From: Actinomycetota bacterium
Lineage (GTDB): Bacteria; Actinomycetota; Humimicrobiia; Humimicrobiales; Humimicrobiaceae
Length of the DNA stretch: 39,649 nucleotides
NCBI GenBank assembly: GCA_004376325.1
Contig: SOKC01000062.1
Span: forward strand, 1 to 39,649
Direction: 5' to 3'
Numbering within the stretch: position 1 is the first letter of the stretch; every line of letters begins with the position of its first letter. Of this stretch, positions 37,730 through 39,649 are shown in pieces. The notes under the pieces were generated by a model. The model worked only from the letters and a program-made list of their open reading frames with translations, was not told the origin of the DNA and did no database searches. Made by a program: the position numbers and the translations under genes.

Positions 37730-39547
37730 GTGAATGTGAGAAGTGGATATGTAGGCAATCTTTTAAGAGTCAATCTGAGTAATAAGACTTACCATGTGGA
37801 GCATTTGGATGAGGCACTTTTGACCCTATTTTTGGGGGGGAGAGGTATAGCTGCTAGAATTTATTTTGAGGAGATTGCTCCACAGATTAAACCACTAGAT
37901 AAGGCGAATAAACTGATCTTTATGACCAGTCCTTTAACCGGTACCATCGTTCCCGGAAGTAGTAAGTTCCAATGTGCCACCAAATCACCTGAGACCGGGA
38001 TATATCTTTGTTCTAATGCCGGAGGAGATTTCGGTCCGCAGCTCAAGTTTGCCGGTTACGACGGCTTAATTATAGAAGGTAGAGCTTCAAAACCTGTTTA
38101 TGTGTTTATCAATAACCATAGGGTGGAAGTTAAAGATGCCACTAAACTCTGGGGTAAAACTACCGGAGAGGTTTATAAAATTCTCAAAGAAGAGATTGGC
38201 TACCCCAAAGCTGGAATAATGTGTGTTGGGCCGGCGGCGGAGAGAAAGGTAGCCTTTTCCTGCATTAAAGTAGATGGCAGAAGCTTCGGCCGGGGAGGCG
38301 CTGGTGTAGTTATGACTTCCAAGAACCTTAAGGCCATAGTGGTTAAAGGGCAAGGTAGGTTAAATTACGCTAATCTAGCTGAACTTAAAAAAAGGATTAA
38401 GCCTCGTGAGGTAAGGAAGGCATGCCAAGATTTAGCTGATTATGGAAGACCAATCTATACCGAGTCGATAAATGAGCTGGGCTGTTATCCGGTAAGAAAC
38501 TTTCAAACTGCGGTGTTTAGTGAGATTGATAAAATTGATGCCCGGTTTATGAAAGAAAACTTTTTTGTCAAAAATCGGGCTTGCTTTAAGTGTCCCGTAG
38601 CTTGCCTACAGGTGTGTCAGGTGAAGTCTGGTAAGTTTGAAGGATGGACAGTAGCTCCAGAATATGAAACCATAGGGACTCTAGGAGCTATGTGTGGAGT
38701 ATCAGACTTTAATGCAATTTTATCTGCTAACATACTGTGTGATGAGTATGGTATGGATACGATATCTACCGGTAATATAATTGGTTTTGCCATGGAACTC
38801 TATGAGAGAGGAATGATTACACAAGAAGATACTGGGGGACTGAAGTTGACTTTTGGTAGTCCTGAGGCTTTATTAGGAGCTATTGAGCTTATAGCCAATA
38901 AAAAGAAAATTGGTGAGATACTAGCCCGTGGATTTCGTGGGATAGCCACTGAAATTCCTGGCTCAGATCAGTACATGATGCAGGTTAAGGGAATGCCCTT
39001 CGCTGCCTACGATCCCAGAGGGTTCTATGGGATGGGACTGGTCTATGGTACCTCCTCCAGAGGTGCCTGCCATAACGTAGGTGGCTGGTCAATCAGGGCC
39101 GAACTACTAAGTGGAGAGTATGATAGATACGCGCTTAAGGGTAAAGGTAAGCTAATAAAAAGCATTCAGGATACGAGAGCATATATTGATTCTCTAGGTA
39201 TATGTACGGTAGTGAGGAGGGTTTTAGGATTTAGCGACAAACCTAACCCAACCATACTTAACTTAGTAACTGGCCTGGATTTTACAGATAAGCTAATGGA
39301 GATAGGCGAGAGAATCTACAACCTGGAGAGGCTGATATTAACAAGAGAAGGGATACGTCGAAAGGATGACATGTTACCTCCAAGGATAATGAACGAAAAA
39401 CTACCTGAGGGTCCAGCTAAGGGACATGTGTTAACTAAAGAGATGTATGAAGTTGAGCTTGACGAGTATTATGAGGCAAGAGGGTGGGATAAAGAGGGAT
39501 TACCTACCCATAAAAAAATAGAGGATCTGGGCCTGGTTAATCTCTGA
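37730..39547 (+). CDS. aor: Aldehyde:ferredoxin oxidoreductase family protein (tungstopterin, 4Fe-4S)
   Basis: N-terminal GGRGIAARI, CxxCxxxC cluster motif (CFKCPVAC), and C-terminal DSLGICTV. RBS GGAGGA and a GTG start. Confidence 0.85.
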   Translation: MNVRSGYVGNLLRVNLSNKTYHVEHLDEALLTLFLGGRGIAARIYFEEIAPQIKPLDKANKLIFMTSPLTGTIVPGSSKFQCATKSPETGIYLCSNAGGDFGPQLKFAGYDGLIIEGRASKPVYVFINNHRVEVKDATKLWGKTTGEVYKILKEEIGYPKAGIMCVGPAAERKVAFSCIKVDGRSFGRGGAGVVMTSKNLKAIVVKGQGRLNYANLAELKKRIKPREVRKACQDLADYGRPIYTESINELGCYPVRNFQTAVFSEIDKIDARFMKENFFVKNRACFKCPVACLQVCQVKSGKFEGWTVAPEYETIGTLGAMCGVSDFNAILSANILCDEYGMDTISTGNIIGFAMELYERGMITQEDTGGLKLTFGSPEALLGAIELIANKKKIGEILARGFRGIATEIPGSDQYMMQVKGMPFAAYDPRGFYGMGLVYGTSSRGACHNVGGWSIRAELLSGEYDRYALKGKGKLIKSIQDTRAYIDSLGICTVVRRVLGFSDKPNPTILNLVTGLDFTDKLMEIGERIYNLERLILTREGIRRKDDMLPPRIMNEKLPEGPAKGHVLTKEMYEVELDEYYEARGWDKEGLPTHKKIEDLGLVNL

Positions 39548-39649
39548 TAAATATACCTATAAGATTCAGAAGATAAAAATGAATAAAGAGGTTTATCTCC
39601 GGTAATATAAGACTATAGAGGAAATCGAAAGGAAAGTTCATTTTATCAA

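Overview
This is an AT-rich bacterial chromosomal window with three distinct parts.

(1) Positions 1-8400 are a mosaic accessory region. It holds:
- an operon-like five-gene cassette of uncharacterised TPR-like, Zn-binding, minimal nucleotidyltransferase (NTase) and SEC-C proteins;
- four toxin-antitoxin-type pairs: HEPN/MNT, HicB with a dead HicA, a wHTH protein with an AbiEii-like NTase, and an RHH protein with a PIN gene that has lost its ATG;
- decayed Y2/IS91-like transposase relics;
- a family of short GC-rich direct repeats that also look like tRNA 3' ends;
- a 117-bp duplicate of the 3' end of the neighbouring DHH-CBS-CCA-adding-enzyme gene, which delimits a roughly 3.6 kb insertion.

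(2) Positions 8382-31006 are mostly minus-strand housekeeping genes: the cca-like fusion, a nitroreductase, pabCBA, vapBC, an ABC-2 exporter, a PfkB kinase, rpoD, an RRM protein, pfkA, gatCAB, a CPBP protease, ligA, a rhodanese, an AcsE-like methyltransferase and a solute-binding protein.

(3) Positions 31400-39547 are a plus-strand carbohydrate cluster: a Gfo/Idh/MocA oxidoreductase, a Zn-ADH, an FGGY kinase, a cupin-type phosphoglucose isomerase, a 2-hydroxyacid dehydrogenase, KDPG aldolase and a tungsten-type aldehyde:ferredoxin oxidoreductase.

I saw no rRNA, no complete tRNA and no CRISPR array. All functional calls come from reading motifs in the translated ORFs by eye, and no database search was run. 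The most novel-looking items are the uncharacterised cassette at 157-3449 and the repeat and integration-scar architecture around it.
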